From: Acidimicrobiia bacterium
GTDB taxonomy: Bacteria > Actinomycetota > Acidimicrobiia > Spongiisociales > UBA5794
Length of the DNA: 64,000 nucleotides
Assembly: GCA_030431785.1 (NCBI GenBank)
Contig: JAUIIM010000002.1
Location: forward strand, 37,927-101,926
Direction of reading: 5' to 3'
Position numbers and translations under genes: made by a program
In this document: in pieces, positions 53,665 to 63,825 of the stretch
Layout of the letters: every line of letters begins with the position of its first letter
Position numbering within the stretch: the stretch's first letter is position 1
Notes under the pieces: generated by a model
Databases searched by the model: none
Told to the model about the DNA's origin: nothing
Seen by the model: the letters and a program-made list of their open reading frames with translations, nothing else

Positions 53665-54852
53665 TCAGGATGCGTTCGCCGGTTCCACGACCCGACTCCT
53701 CGAGGACCGTGCGATGTTCACAAGGACGCCGACCGCGGCAAGGTTCACGAGCATCGCGTTGCCTCCAGACGAGATGAATGGCAGCGGGACGCCGGTGATC
53801 GGCAGGATCGCAACGACGCCGCCGATGTTGACGATCGCTTGGATCGTGAACCACGAGACGATGCCGATGGCGAACAGGCGACCGAACATGTCGGGAGCCC
53901 GATACGCGATGGATACCCCGACCACGGCGAGCAGTGCGAACAGCATGATCACGACGGTCGCACCTGCAAAACCGGTCTCCTCACCGATGATCGCAAAGAT
54001 GAAGTCCGTATGGGCGTTGGGCAACCAGGACCACCGGGCGCGGCTCTGACCGAGCCCCACACCGAACAGGCCGCCCGTTCCGAGGGCGACCATCGACTGC
54101 ACCGCCTGGAGCCCGCTGTTCTGCGCGTCGGCAAACGGATCGAGGAAGCTCAGCAGACGGGCCTTGCGATACGGGGCCGCCATCGCCATCGCTGCCATCG
54201 CCGCGCCACCGAGGCCGGCGAGACCGAGGACGAACCGAACAGGAACCGCCGAGGCGAACAACATGACGAACGCAGGTGCGACGATCAGCATCACGTTGCC
54301 GAAGTCCGGCTGAGCAAGCAGCAGGAGACTCACCGACCCGAGGATCGCCGCAACCGGCGCCAGGACGTGCCCCAGAGAGCGGAGCAGCACTCCCTTCTTC
54401 GTCAGCACCGCTGCGAGCAACGCCAGTGTGGAGAATTTCGCAAACTCGGCGACCTGGACCGTGACCGGACCGACGACGATCCACCGAGTTGCACCACCGC
54501 GCGTCGAACCGACAGCGACGGTCACCACGAGACCTACGAGCGTGAGCATGAACATGAGCGGGGCGTACTTCTGCCAGACGCGATAGGGCACCAGCGAGGT
54601 GACGACGAGCGCGGCCACGCCCAGCGCGACCCACATGACCTGCTTCGTGAAGAGGGCGAACTGTCCCGAATCCGCCTTGAGGGAGACGACCGACGAGGCA
54701 CTCAACATGGCCCCGAGACCGACGGTCAGCAGCATCGCAACGATCACCAGCAGGAAGATCGCCCTCCGCGATCCGGCGGAGCGCACCGCAGCAACGGTCC
54801 TCGGATGACGAGGACTGCGCACCCCCCTCTGCCGGTCTACTACGTCTGTCAT
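53665..54852 (-). CDS. ftsW: SEDS-family peptidoglycan polymerase FtsW
   Basis: Ten-TM profile. QPDFGN, HTDFIFAIIGEETGF, GVPLPFISSGGN. Confidence 0.92.
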   Translation of the reverse strand: MTDVVDRQRGVRSPRHPRTVAAVRSAGSRRAIFLLVIVAMLLTVGLGAMLSASSVVSLKADSGQFALFTKQVMWVALGVAALVVTSLVPYRVWQKYAPLMFMLTLVGLVVTVAVGSTRGGATRWIVVGPVTVQVAEFAKFSTLALLAAVLTKKGVLLRSLGHVLAPVAAILGSVSLLLLAQPDFGNVMLIVAPAFVMLFASAVPVRFVLGLAGLGGAAMAAMAMAAPYRKARLLSFLDPFADAQNSGLQAVQSMVALGTGGLFGVGLGQSRARWSWLPNAHTDFIFAIIGEETGFAGATVVIMLFALLAVVGVSIAYRAPDMFGRLFAIGIVSWFTIQAIVNIGGVVAILPITGVPLPFISSGGNAMLVNLAAVGVLVNIARSSRSRVVEPANAS

Positions 54853-56135
54853 CGCACCGCTCCCCGCGAAAGCGCCTCGACGAGGGCTTCAAATCGTTCG
54901 CCGCGTTCAGCGTAGGAGGTGAACTCGTCGAAACTGGTGCACCCCGGGGACAGCAACACCGTGTCGCCGGTCTTCGCATCGCGGCGTGCGGCTTCGACAG
55001 CGTCTGCCATCGTCGGATGCACACTCACGGGTCGCGTCGCCGACCGGGCGATCTCGTCAGCCGCCTCGCCGAACGCATAAACATGGACGACGGAGTCGAC
55101 ACCGCCGATCGCTGACAGATCCAATCCCTTGTTCCTGCCGCCTGCGAGGAGACGCACGGAGGACATTCCTGATGCAGCCGCCACGGTTGCGTGCGGGTTC
55201 GTCGCCTTCGAGTCGTTCACCCAACGGACGCCGGCGATGTTGCCGACCTCCGATCGACGGTGTTCTCCGAACTCGAAGGAAGCCAAGCTGGATGCGATGC
55301 CGTCCATCGTGGCGCCGACGTGACCTGCGAGGGTGGCGGCGACCACGAGGTCGAACATGTACGACGCATCGACCGCAGGGGCTTCGACCCGTTCGTCGCC
55401 GAGCACGATGAAGCCGTCGTCGACACCGTTCCCACCGGCCGGAAGCCGGCTGCCCGAGCACTCGACGGTGCGCGCTGGCAGGTGCCGAGCGATATCCATG
55501 AGCCTCTCGTCATCGGCGTTCGCCGCAAACAGGTCGTCGGGGTCTTGGCGTGCGCCGATCGACGCCTTCGCCTCGATGTACTCCTCCATCGAGGCATGCC
55601 AGTCGAGGTGGTCAGGGGCGATGTTCAGAATCGTCGCGGCCGCCGGTTGGACCCGCATGTAGGTCAGCTGGAAGGAAGAAAGCTCGGCAACCACCACCTC
55701 GGGCCAATCTTCGATGTCGGACAGTGGGGCACCGATGTTCCCGGCTGCAATGGCCGACACGCCGGAAGAATCAAGCATGCGCGCCGTCTCGGAGACGACG
55801 GTCGACTTTCCGTTCGTCCCGGTCACGGCGACGAGCTTGGACGTTGTACCTTCCAACCCGAAGCCAGCTTCGGTGATGACAGGGACACCAGCGTGCGCTG
55901 CTGACACGAGAGGCGGCGAGACAGGCGCGAACCCGGGACTGGTCACGACACGATCGACATCCGCCAACGAAGTGGCGTCCCACTCCCCTGTCCCGAGCGG
56001 GACGTTGGACAGGTCGGAGGGCAGCACTGCATCGGGTCGCTCATCGAACATCTTCACGTCCATCCCGCGGCGAAGGGCGGCGCGTGCGGCGGCGACTCCG
56101 CTGACACCCGTGCCGAGGACAAGGACGGTGGTCAT
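54849..56135 (-). CDS. murD: UDP-N-acetylmuramoylalanine--D-glutamate ligase
   Basis: VLVLGTGVSGVAAA, VTGTNGKSTV, GGRNKGLD. The ATG at 56135 overlaps the mraY stop (ATGA). The track 5' extension is rejected. Confidence 0.92.
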   Translation of the reverse strand: MTTVLVLGTGVSGVAAARAALRRGMDVKMFDERPDAVLPSDLSNVPLGTGEWDATSLADVDRVVTSPGFAPVSPPLVSAAHAGVPVITEAGFGLEGTTSKLVAVTGTNGKSTVVSETARMLDSSGVSAIAAGNIGAPLSDIEDWPEVVVAELSSFQLTYMRVQPAAATILNIAPDHLDWHASMEEYIEAKASIGARQDPDDLFAANADDERLMDIARHLPARTVECSGSRLPAGGNGVDDGFIVLGDERVEAPAVDASYMFDLVVAATLAGHVGATMDGIASSLASFEFGEHRRSEVGNIAGVRWVNDSKATNPHATVAAASGMSSVRLLAGGRNKGLDLSAIGGVDSVVHVYAFGEAADEIARSATRPVSVHPTMADAVEAARRDAKTGDTVLLSPGCTSFDEFTSYAERGERFEALVEALSRGAVR

Positions 56136-57190
56136 TGGACGATCTGCCCGGGTCCGGCGACCCAATCCGCATAGAAGATCCCGACACCGATCGCCACCAT
56201 GATCCCGGCGAGGATCCAGAAACGGATGATCACCGTCGTCTCCGGCCACCCCTTCAGCTCGAAGTGGTGGTGGATCGGGGTCATCCGGAATATCCGCCTC
56301 CCGAAGCCGCGGAAGGAAATCACCTGCATGATCACCGAGACGGTCTCCATCACATAGAGACCCCCGAGGATGATCAGAAGAAGTTGCGTGTTCGTGAGGA
56401 GTGCGAATGCAGCGATCGCCCCACCGATGGCGTGGGAGCCAGTGTCGCCCATGATGATCTGTGCGGGTGCGGCGTTCCACCACAGGAACGCAAGTACAGC
56501 GCCGAGTGCGGCGGCGGCGAGCACGGCGATGTCGACGACGCCGTCGATGTCGTAGAACCCTGCATTCCTCGACTGCCAGTAGGCGATGAGCACATAGGCG
56601 CCGAACACCAACGCACTCGATCCCGCGACGAGTCCGTCAAGACCGTCCGTCAGGTTCACGCCGTTCGCCGTCGCAGTGAGCATGAAGAGGACGAGGAGGA
56701 AGAAGAGGATCGGACCGAGATCGATACCGAGCGGTCGCACGAACGACAGCTCCGTGCTCACCCCGGCCCGGACAGCCCCCCACGCAAAGACCGCGGCGAT
56801 GGTCAGCTGTCCAAGGAACTTCCAACGCTTCGAAAGTCCTTCGTTGCGTTTCCTGGCGAACTTCACGAAGTCGTCGAGGAACCCGACCAGTGCCATCCCC
56901 AGGATCGCAAACAGCGCAAGGAGCGCTTTCGGCTCCACCTCGATCGGAAAGAACCCGAAGCCCGAGTCGAAACTGAAGATGCGGAAGTGCGAGAGGAAGT
57001 AGCCGATGGTGACTCCGAGGACGATGACGACTCCGCCCATGGTCGGGACACCTTGTTTGTGGAGATGGCCCTCGAGTTCCGTCTGGATGAACTGGCCGAT
57101 GCTTCGACGTCGGAGCGCACCGATCGCGAGCGGGGTGAGCAGGATCACGACGACGAAGGCGACGGTGGCGGACATGAGGAGGGCGATCAC
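56132..57190 (-). CDS. mraY: phospho-N-acetylmuramoyl-pentapeptide transferase
   Basis: KQGVPTMGG, NGVNLTDGLDGL, MGDTGSHAIGG, PIHHHFE. Confidence 0.95.
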   Translation of the reverse strand: MIALLMSATVAFVVVILLTPLAIGALRRRSIGQFIQTELEGHLHKQGVPTMGGVVIVLGVTIGYFLSHFRIFSFDSGFGFFPIEVEPKALLALFAILGMALVGFLDDFVKFARKRNEGLSKRWKFLGQLTIAAVFAWGAVRAGVSTELSFVRPLGIDLGPILFFLLVLFMLTATANGVNLTDGLDGLVAGSSALVFGAYVLIAYWQSRNAGFYDIDGVVDIAVLAAAALGAVLAFLWWNAAPAQIIMGDTGSHAIGGAIAAFALLTNTQLLLIILGGLYVMETVSVIMQVISFRGFGRRIFRMTPIHHHFELKGWPETTVIIRFWILAGIMVAIGVGIFYADWVAGPGQIVQ

Positions 57191-58524
57191 TTTGCATGCT
57201 CCCTGATGAGGTCGAGGGCGAGCGTTTCAAGACCGGCTGACCGGGAAGCCTTGACGAGAACGATGTCGCCGGGTCGCACGATGCGTGCAAGGCTATCTGC
57301 GGCGGACGCGATTCCCGGGACTTTCCGAACCAGTTCCGGAGCGCCGAGAGCGTATCCGTGGTCGACGCCTACCACGATCACCTCTTCGTAGTCGAGGTCG
57401 GCGGCCAGCGCTCCGATGCGTCGATGCTCGAGCTCACACAACGGACCGAGCTCGGCCATGGGGCCGAGGACGGCGATGTGGCGTCCATCCATCTGGGCCA
57501 AGGTGCGCAGGGCTGCCTCGACGGACTGCGGGTTTGCGTTGTAGGCGTCGTTGACGATGGTCACGTCGCCGGATCGGATGTCCATGCGCCAATCCGACCC
57601 GATCGCACCTTCGAGCCCGATCGCAAACCCGTCGAGGTCCTGCTCCAGCGCCACAGCGACGCCGATCGCTGCTCCAGCGTTGAGGGATTGATGGAGACCG
57701 GCAACCGCAAGATGGAGGTCGCGATTCCAATCCGCGACGGTCACTTCGAAGCTCGGCCTTCCCGCATCGTCGAGACGGGGCCTGCCGACGATGATGTCTG
57801 CATCCTCTTCCTCCCCGAAGGTCACCGTCCGCTCCTTCGGGTGTCGATGGAGATCGAGATGAGCCGTCGGAAGGACAGCGACGCCATCCGGGCCGAGGAG
57901 TTCGACGAGTTCATACTTGGCATCGGCCAGACCCTGAGGAGAACCGAACGTCTCCATGTGGACGACACCGAGATTCGTGATGACGGCTACATCCGGGCGT
58001 ATCGCATCTTCGAGCCATCGGATGTGACCGGGCCCTCTGCTCCCGACTTCGAGGACGAGCACCGATGCGTCCGAGGGTGTGTCGAGAACGGTCAGCGGGA
58101 CCCCGATCTCGTTGTTGTAGCTGCGTCGCGATGCGGCGGAGCCCGGGATCGCCGACGCAACGAGGTCCTTGGTCGTCGTCTTCCCTGTCGAGCCGGTGAT
58201 CGCCACGACAGGCATGGTCAGCTCATCGCGTCGCCGTGCAGCAAGCCTGAGCAACGCGGCTCCGGTGTCCTCCACCTCGATCCGTGGCACGGCATCGGAT
58301 TTGCCGTGGTGCACGATGGCAGCAGCGGCTCCGTCCTCCACTGCCTGAGCCGCAAACCGGTTCCCATCGAGACGTTCACCCTCGATGGCGACGAAGAGCA
58401 CACCGGCACCCACCGAGCGACTGTCCGTCGATACGGAGGTGACGCGGATGCTCCCCTCACCGATCAGGGTGCCATCGAGATGGTCGGCGATCGATTGCAG
58501 CGACCAGTCGAATCGGTCGGTCAT
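57187..58524 (-). CDS. murF: UDP-N-acetylmuramoyl-tripeptide--D-alanyl-D-alanine ligase
   Basis: AITGSTGKTTTKD, NNEIGVP, DAYNANP. Confidence 0.93.
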   Translation of the reverse strand: MTDRFDWSLQSIADHLDGTLIGEGSIRVTSVSTDSRSVGAGVLFVAIEGERLDGNRFAAQAVEDGAAAAIVHHGKSDAVPRIEVEDTGAALLRLAARRRDELTMPVVAITGSTGKTTTKDLVASAIPGSAASRRSYNNEIGVPLTVLDTPSDASVLVLEVGSRGPGHIRWLEDAIRPDVAVITNLGVVHMETFGSPQGLADAKYELVELLGPDGVAVLPTAHLDLHRHPKERTVTFGEEEDADIIVGRPRLDDAGRPSFEVTVADWNRDLHLAVAGLHQSLNAGAAIGVAVALEQDLDGFAIGLEGAIGSDWRMDIRSGDVTIVNDAYNANPQSVEAALRTLAQMDGRHIAVLGPMAELGPLCELEHRRIGALAADLDYEEVIVVGVDHGYALGAPELVRKVPGIASAADSLARIVRPGDIVLVKASRSAGLETLALDLIREHAK

Positions 58525-60002
58525 CGCTCACCCGCCGATCGCCGATCGGCTGCCACACGCACCTCAGTCGCATCGTCGAACGGCACGATCTCACCGTTGA
58601 CTTCCTGACCCTGCTCGTGACCCTTGCCGAGGATCAACACCGCATCGCCCGGCTCGGCGATCTGTATCGCTCGCCTGATCGCCGTGCGGCGATCGAGCAC
58701 GAGCTCGACGACAGACCGGTCGGATTCGGAGGCACCAGCAGCGACCTCGTCGGCGATGGAGCGGGGGTCCTCGGACCTCGGATTGTCGGTCGTCACGATC
58801 ACGACGTCGCTGTTGTTCGCCGCCTCGGCCCCCATCGTCCGTCTCTTGTCACGGTCCCTGTCCCCCCCGGCACCGACGACCGCGATCACGCGGCCCTCGG
58901 TCATTCCCCTCGCTGCGGCAGTCACCGTGGCCACGGCGTCCGGTGTGTGGGCATAGTCGACGTAGATCGACGCACCATCGACAGTGGCGACGAGCTCCAT
59001 GCGTCCCCGGACCGTTCCGAGCGTGGCGATACCGGTTGCAAACTGCTGCGGGGAGATCCCACTCCTCTTTGCGACGCCATAGGCCACAGCGGCGTTCACG
59101 GCGTTGAAGTCACCGGGAAGCGGCACCCGCATCGACACCCCCTCGATCTCGATCTCCGTGAACGAGGCTGCGTGTTCGACGAGGCGACATACGAGGTCGA
59201 CATGGTCGGCGTTCGCGGTGCCGTCGATCGCAATCGTCGTGACGGGGATATCGAGTGCAGGGACCAGGGTCGCACCGTATGGATCGCCGACGTTGATCAC
59301 CGCGCTTGCGGCCATGGACGGGGAGAACAGCTTGGACTTCTCGGCGAAGTATTCGTCCATCGATCCGTGGAAGTCCAGATGGTCCTGGCTCAGGTTCGTA
59401 TACGCGGCGATGTCAAAACCGACGCCGGCGACACGGTGAAGGGCAAGAGCATGCGACGAGACCTCCATGACGACGACGGTGACGCCTTCATCACGCATCC
59501 GTGCCAGAAGTCGTTGGAGATCCGTACTTTCAGGAGTCGTGCGAGCGAGCGGGATCGAGGTTCCGCGAATCCGTGCGCCGAGCGTTCCGATCACCGCGAC
59601 GGAGATCCCGACCTCGCGGAATACGGCTTCGAGCATCGAGCAGACCGTGGTCTTGCCATTGGTCCCCGTCACGCCGATCATCGACATCGTCGTGTCCGGG
59701 AACCCGTGCACTGCACGTGCGAGATGCCCCATCGCAGCCCTGGTGTCGCTCACGACGATCTGTGGCACGTCGACATCCGACCGGACATCGACCATCACGG
59801 CGGGAGCACCCCGGGTAGCGACCTCCGCCAGGAAGTCATGGCCGTCGACGCGACTGCCACGCACCGCCACGAAGATCGTCGACTCGTTCACGGCACGCGA
59901 GTCGTGCGTCACATCGGACACCTCGACGAGAGCGTCGTCGACGTCGATGATCCCCGGAAGGTTCGAAGCGAGCGTGGAGAGCGATGTCTGGATCGTCTCC
60001 AT
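58521..60002 (-). CDS. murE: UDP-N-acetylmuramoyl-L-alanyl-D-glutamate--2,6-diaminopimelate ligase
   Basis: GVTGTNGKTT, VMEVSSHAL, DYAHTPDA, and a DNPRSE motif (meso-DAP type). The ATG at 60002, 1 nt after the ftsI stop, is preferred. Confidence 0.93.
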   Translation of the reverse strand: METIQTSLSTLASNLPGIIDVDDALVEVSDVTHDSRAVNESTIFVAVRGSRVDGHDFLAEVATRGAPAVMVDVRSDVDVPQIVVSDTRAAMGHLARAVHGFPDTTMSMIGVTGTNGKTTVCSMLEAVFREVGISVAVIGTLGARIRGTSIPLARTTPESTDLQRLLARMRDEGVTVVVMEVSSHALALHRVAGVGFDIAAYTNLSQDHLDFHGSMDEYFAEKSKLFSPSMAASAVINVGDPYGATLVPALDIPVTTIAIDGTANADHVDLVCRLVEHAASFTEIEIEGVSMRVPLPGDFNAVNAAVAYGVAKRSGISPQQFATGIATLGTVRGRMELVATVDGASIYVDYAHTPDAVATVTAAARGMTEGRVIAVVGAGGDRDRDKRRTMGAEAANNSDVVIVTTDNPRSEDPRSIADEVAAGASESDRSVVELVLDRRTAIRRAIQIAEPGDAVLILGKGHEQGQEVNGEIVPFDDATEVRVAADRRSAGER

Positions 60003-60003
60003 G

Positions 60004-61791
60004 TCATTCCTTGTCCGGTGCGACACCGAGCTGGTGCAGGGCATTCTGAGCTACCTCGGCGAATACCGGTGCGGCCGATGCGCCACCCAGACTCAGACTC
60101 GTACCGTCCGCAAGCTGTCCCTTCGGGGTGTCGAGGACGACGGCGACCACGACCTTCGGATCGTCGAGCGGTGCCATCCCGATGAAGGAGGCATAGGTGT
60201 CGTTGGAGTACTCACCAGCTTCGACATCGAACTTGTTCGTGGTACCGGTCTTCCCGCCTGCGGTGTAGTCGGTCAAAGAGGCCCGAGAGCCGGTTCCGAT
60301 GTCGATGACCCGGCCGAGCATGCCGCGCACCGTCTGTGCAGTCTCATCGGACAGGACGCGACGCTCCCGGGGGTTGGTGACGATCCGACTGCCATCCGGT
60401 TGCACGATTTCCGAGACGAGATAGGGCTCGATCCATAGCCCGTCGTTGGCCACGGCCGCATAGACCGCGGCCATCTGGAGCGGGGTGGTGTGCACGGCGT
60501 AGCCGATGGCGATCGACGACCCCGAGGTGATGTTCCACTGCGACGTCGGTGCCAGGATCCCATGACGTTCCCCCGTCACATCGAGACCGGTCTTCTGCCC
60601 GAGCCCGAACTCGGTGAGGTACTCGTAGTGCTTCTCGGAACCGAGTCGACGTTGGATCTCGATCGTGCCGACGTTCGACGAACGGGCGACGACGTCCGAG
60701 ACGGTCATCCATTCCGGGTTGTTGCCGTGATCCTCGTACGTGAACTCGCCGATCTCGACCTCCGGCGGTGTGTCGATGTGGGTGTCCGGTTCGACCACCC
60801 CCTCTTCCAACGCCGCGGCCACCGTGAGAAGTTTCAACGTCGATCCGGGTTCGTAGACGTCCGACACGGCACGATTCCGGAGAAGCTCAGGGGTTGCCTG
60901 CGACCGATCGTTGAGATCGAGCCCCGGTGCCGACGCCATGGCAAGCACTGCACCGGTCTCCGGATCCAGGACGACGATCGCACCACCCGCTGCGTCGGTG
61001 AGTTGTAGGGCCTTCGTGAGCGCCTGCTCTGCTGCGAACTGGATCTCACGATCGATCGTCGTGATGATGTCGGATCCGGGTGTCGCTGGCTCTACGAGCA
61101 CATGTCCCTGCGGGATCACGCGACCCTGTGGGTCACGTTCGACGATGCGCCGCCCCGGTTCACCTTCCAGCTCGGAATCGAAGGTCATCTCGAGTCCCTC
61201 GATCCCACTCCCCGTCTCGTACGATGTCAGACCGATCACCTGTGCGGCGACGGAACCTGCCGGATAGACGCGCAGGGGCTGCTCGCGATAGAACACACCG
61301 GTGATGCGTTCGGATCGCTCGACATCGTTGTTGTAGTCGGCGATGGCGTCCTCGATCTGCGACTTGGTGGCGTTGTCCACCCGCATTGCCACCTCGGCAT
61401 ATCTATCGCCTGAGCTCCAGCCCTCCGTGAGCTCGGCTGCGAACTCGTCGAGCGGGTCGTCGGCAAACGGGGCGAGGACCTCGGCGGTCTCGACGGGGTC
61501 GGCAAGCATTGATGGGTCCACGACGACGTTCCACCCGTCGATCTCGAGCGCGAGCTCGACACCATCGCGATCGAAGATCGTCCCACGGGCCGGGGTGATC
61601 GATTGCTCTTGGATCCGCTGCTCGAACCCGACACTCGCAAGCTCGACGGCCTGCGCCCCCTGGAGGTCGAACAGGCGATAGCCGATGACGCCCCAGACGA
61701 CGAGGAAGGCGACCCCGACGATGAGGAGTTTGAGGTCACCCGGACGCCAGATGCGGGCAGGGCTCATCGAACCGTTCCCGGGTTCTGCCAC
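60004..61791 (-). CDS. ftsI: penicillin-binding protein 2B/FtsI-type transpeptidase
   Basis: N-terminal TM, a PBP dimerisation region, then SxxK (GSTLKLL), SxN (RSSNVG) and KTG (GGKTGTT). Confidence 0.92.
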   Translation of the reverse strand: MAEPGNGSMSPARIWRPGDLKLLIVGVAFLVVWGVIGYRLFDLQGAQAVELASVGFEQRIQEQSITPARGTIFDRDGVELALEIDGWNVVVDPSMLADPVETAEVLAPFADDPLDEFAAELTEGWSSGDRYAEVAMRVDNATKSQIEDAIADYNNDVERSERITGVFYREQPLRVYPAGSVAAQVIGLTSYETGSGIEGLEMTFDSELEGEPGRRIVERDPQGRVIPQGHVLVEPATPGSDIITTIDREIQFAAEQALTKALQLTDAAGGAIVVLDPETGAVLAMASAPGLDLNDRSQATPELLRNRAVSDVYEPGSTLKLLTVAAALEEGVVEPDTHIDTPPEVEIGEFTYEDHGNNPEWMTVSDVVARSSNVGTIEIQRRLGSEKHYEYLTEFGLGQKTGLDVTGERHGILAPTSQWNITSGSSIAIGYAVHTTPLQMAAVYAAVANDGLWIEPYLVSEIVQPDGSRIVTNPRERRVLSDETAQTVRGMLGRVIDIGTGSRASLTDYTAGGKTGTTNKFDVEAGEYSNDTYASFIGMAPLDDPKVVVAVVLDTPKGQLADGTSLSLGGASAAPVFAEVAQNALHQLGVAPDKE

Positions 61792-61841
61792 CTGCCGTCA
61801 GCGCTCGGCATGGTCGATTGCATGTTCGGTCCTTCGTCGTC

Positions 61842-62252
61842 CTAGGGCGTTGTCTCGGTGAATGCCTGCGTCGGGGTCTCGACCATCGGTGACTCGGTCG
61901 GGGCTGGGATCGCAGTGCCACCCAGACCTTCGACCACGACGGGAACGCGTTGGTCCGGGTAGGTGAGTCCGAGGCGCTCCGCTTCGGTTGCGATACGCAG
62001 CGGATCCTGGAGCCTGGCCTGTTCGAGCCTGAGGTCGAGCTGGACCGACTCAGCCTGCTCGATGCGTCGCTCGATCGACTCCAGCTCGAACGCCGTCTCG
62101 TCCAAGGCGATCCGTAGATAGATCATGAGGAAGAACAGCCCGATGACCGCGAGCACGAAGAGGGCGAGCGGGAAGATGCGCGGCCCGCGTTCGGCGGTTG
62201 CGACACGGGTCCTGCGTCCTGCGAAAGGTCGAACGAGCGTGCGCGTCGTCAC
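61842..62252 (-). CDS. ftsL: FtsL-like septum formation protein
   Basis: Single TM (IFPLALFVLAVIGLFFLMIYL) followed by a coiled coil (ELESIERRIEQAESVQLDLRLEQARL), and its position between rsmH and ftsI. Confidence 0.7.
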   Translation of the reverse strand: MTTRTLVRPFAGRRTRVATAERGPRIFPLALFVLAVIGLFFLMIYLRIALDETAFELESIERRIEQAESVQLDLRLEQARLQDPLRIATEAERLGLTYPDQRVPVVVEGLGGTAIPAPTESPMVETPTQAFTETTP

Positions 62253-63196
62253 GATGCCACCCGCTCGAGCACACGCAACACCGCGGAGCGAGCACGCGGA
62301 TTGCGACCCACTTCATCCGGCGACGCTTTGATCGCTCTTCGTGTAGGTACCGAGAACGCGGGCTCCCTCCCGCATGCGCACGCGGGGAGGTCCGGAGGAC
62401 AGATGCATCCCTGCGTCGCAACGTCGAACGACTGTTTGACCATGCGGTCCTCGAGGGAGTGGTAGGACATCACGACAAGCCTCCCACCGGGAGCAAGACG
62501 AGCCTGACACTCGTCGAGCGTCGCGGCGAGCGACCCGAGTTCGTCGTTGACGGCGATACGGAGAGCTTGGAACGTACGGCGCGCCGGATGGCGACCACGC
62601 CGGGCAGCTGCCGGAACAGCTTCGGCCACGCACCGCGCCAGCTCCGTGGTCGAGGAGAGCGGCCGCTCGCGGACGATCGCATCAGCGATCCGAGCCGCAA
62701 AGCGCTCTTCGCCGTATTCACGGAGGATGCGTACGAGTTCGTCGCGTGGGGCTTCGTTGACGATGGTCGCTGCGTTGCGGTCCGCGTCGGGCCCCATTCG
62801 CATGTCGAGCGGTCCGTCGTGGTGATAGGAGAAACCCCGGTCCGCGACATCGAGTTGGTGGGACGAGACGCCGAGATCGAGGAGGATCCCGTCCACCTGC
62901 CCAGGCGGGCCGGGTTCCGGGAGCTCGCCGATGTCTCCGTCCAGCACCTTTCCGATGTCGCGGTGGTTCGCAGCCACGACCGAGAGGCGGTCGTGGTCGA
63001 ACGATTGGTCGAGCGCGTCCGGATCACGATCGAGACCGATGAGATGAGCATCGGGATATGCGGCAAGAAGTGCACGGCTATGCCCTCCCCCGCCGAATGT
63101 CCCGTCCACGATCCATCCGTGAGCGGCTGTCGACAGCCACTCCACGGTCTCGGCGACCATCACCGGCTGGTGATACGACGATGCGGGCTGAACCAT
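62249..63196 (-). CDS. rsmH: 16S rRNA (cytosine1402-N4)-methyltransferase
   Basis: HQPVMVAETVEWL, DGTFGGGGHS, LLDLGVSSHQLD, SYHSLEDR. The ATG at 63196 is preferred over the track start at 63256. Confidence 0.92.
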   Translation of the reverse strand: MVQPASSYHQPVMVAETVEWLSTAAHGWIVDGTFGGGGHSRALLAAYPDAHLIGLDRDPDALDQSFDHDRLSVVAANHRDIGKVLDGDIGELPEPGPPGQVDGILLDLGVSSHQLDVADRGFSYHHDGPLDMRMGPDADRNAATIVNEAPRDELVRILREYGEERFAARIADAIVRERPLSSTTELARCVAEAVPAAARRGRHPARRTFQALRIAVNDELGSLAATLDECQARLAPGGRLVVMSYHSLEDRMVKQSFDVATQGCICPPDLPACACGREPAFSVPTRRAIKASPDEVGRNPRARSAVLRVLERVAS

Positions 63197-63322
63197 GGTC
63201 AGCCCCCCGGAGCGCTGGCGCCAACTTGGAAGCGGGCGGAGTAAGGGGCCTCCCAATTGGCATCCGGGGGACTGACCATGAGCCAGCCCGAGCTACGTCG
63301 TTTCGTGAAGCGATCGACCATG

Positions 63323-63754
63323 TCATATGCCTTCCTCCGACAGGGCGTCCTCGATGCCCGCGTAGTACTCGTCGGCCTCCGCGGCCACCGTGTTCCACGT
63401 GTCGGTGTCCCAGATCTCGACCCGATCGGACACCCCGACGACGGTGACGTCCTTGCCGAGTCCCGCATACACACGCAGCGGCTCGGGGATCTGGCACCGT
63501 CCGGCCTTGTCCATGTTCTGGTCGGACGCCGACGCAAAGAACGAGCGGGAGTAGTTCCTCGCTCGCTTGTCGGTTCGAGGAAGACGACGGACGCGTTCGG
63601 ATTCCTGATCCCACACGTCCATCGGGAAGACATAGAGACACCGCTCCTGACCCTTGGTCACAACGAGACCGCGTTCGAGCCCATTGCGGAACTTGGCCGG
63701 CATCACTATGCGGCCTTTGTCGTCCAGCGAATGGCTGTACTCGCCGAGGAACAT
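63323..63754 (-). CDS. mraZ: transcriptional regulator MraZ
   Basis: MFLGEYSHSLDDKGRIVMPAKFR and a second DKAGRCQIP repeat (two SpoVT/AbrB-like halves). Confidence 0.93.
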   Translation of the reverse strand: MFLGEYSHSLDDKGRIVMPAKFRNGLERGLVVTKGQERCLYVFPMDVWDQESERVRRLPRTDKRARNYSRSFFASASDQNMDKAGRCQIPEPLRVYAGLGKDVTVVGVSDRVEIWDTDTWNTVAAEADEYYAGIEDALSEEGI

Positions 63755-63799
63755 CGTTCGGTGTCTCCATCATCCATCTCTCCATCGTGGAAGTCTCCT

Positions 63800-63825
63800 C
63801 CCACGACGCCCCACTATGCCCCACT
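63800..63825 (-). promoter_or_regulatory. candidate MraZ operator: three GTGGG direct repeats at 10-nt spacing
   Basis: On the + strand CCCAC occurs at 63800-04, 63810-14 and 63820-24. The minus strand reads GTGGGGcataGTGGGGcgtcGTGGGA. The boxes lie 46-71 nt upstream of the mraZ ATG. Confidence 0.6.

Noticed and set aside
52550-60438. Long plus-strand ORFs across the mur/fts genes (52550..53470, 53593..54915, 56135..57391, 57358..58608, 58617..60185, 59467..60438) and the out-of-frame minus ORF 53981..55024
   Set aside because: Every one overlaps a well-supported dcw gene on the minus strand. Their products are Arg/Asp/His-rich without domains.
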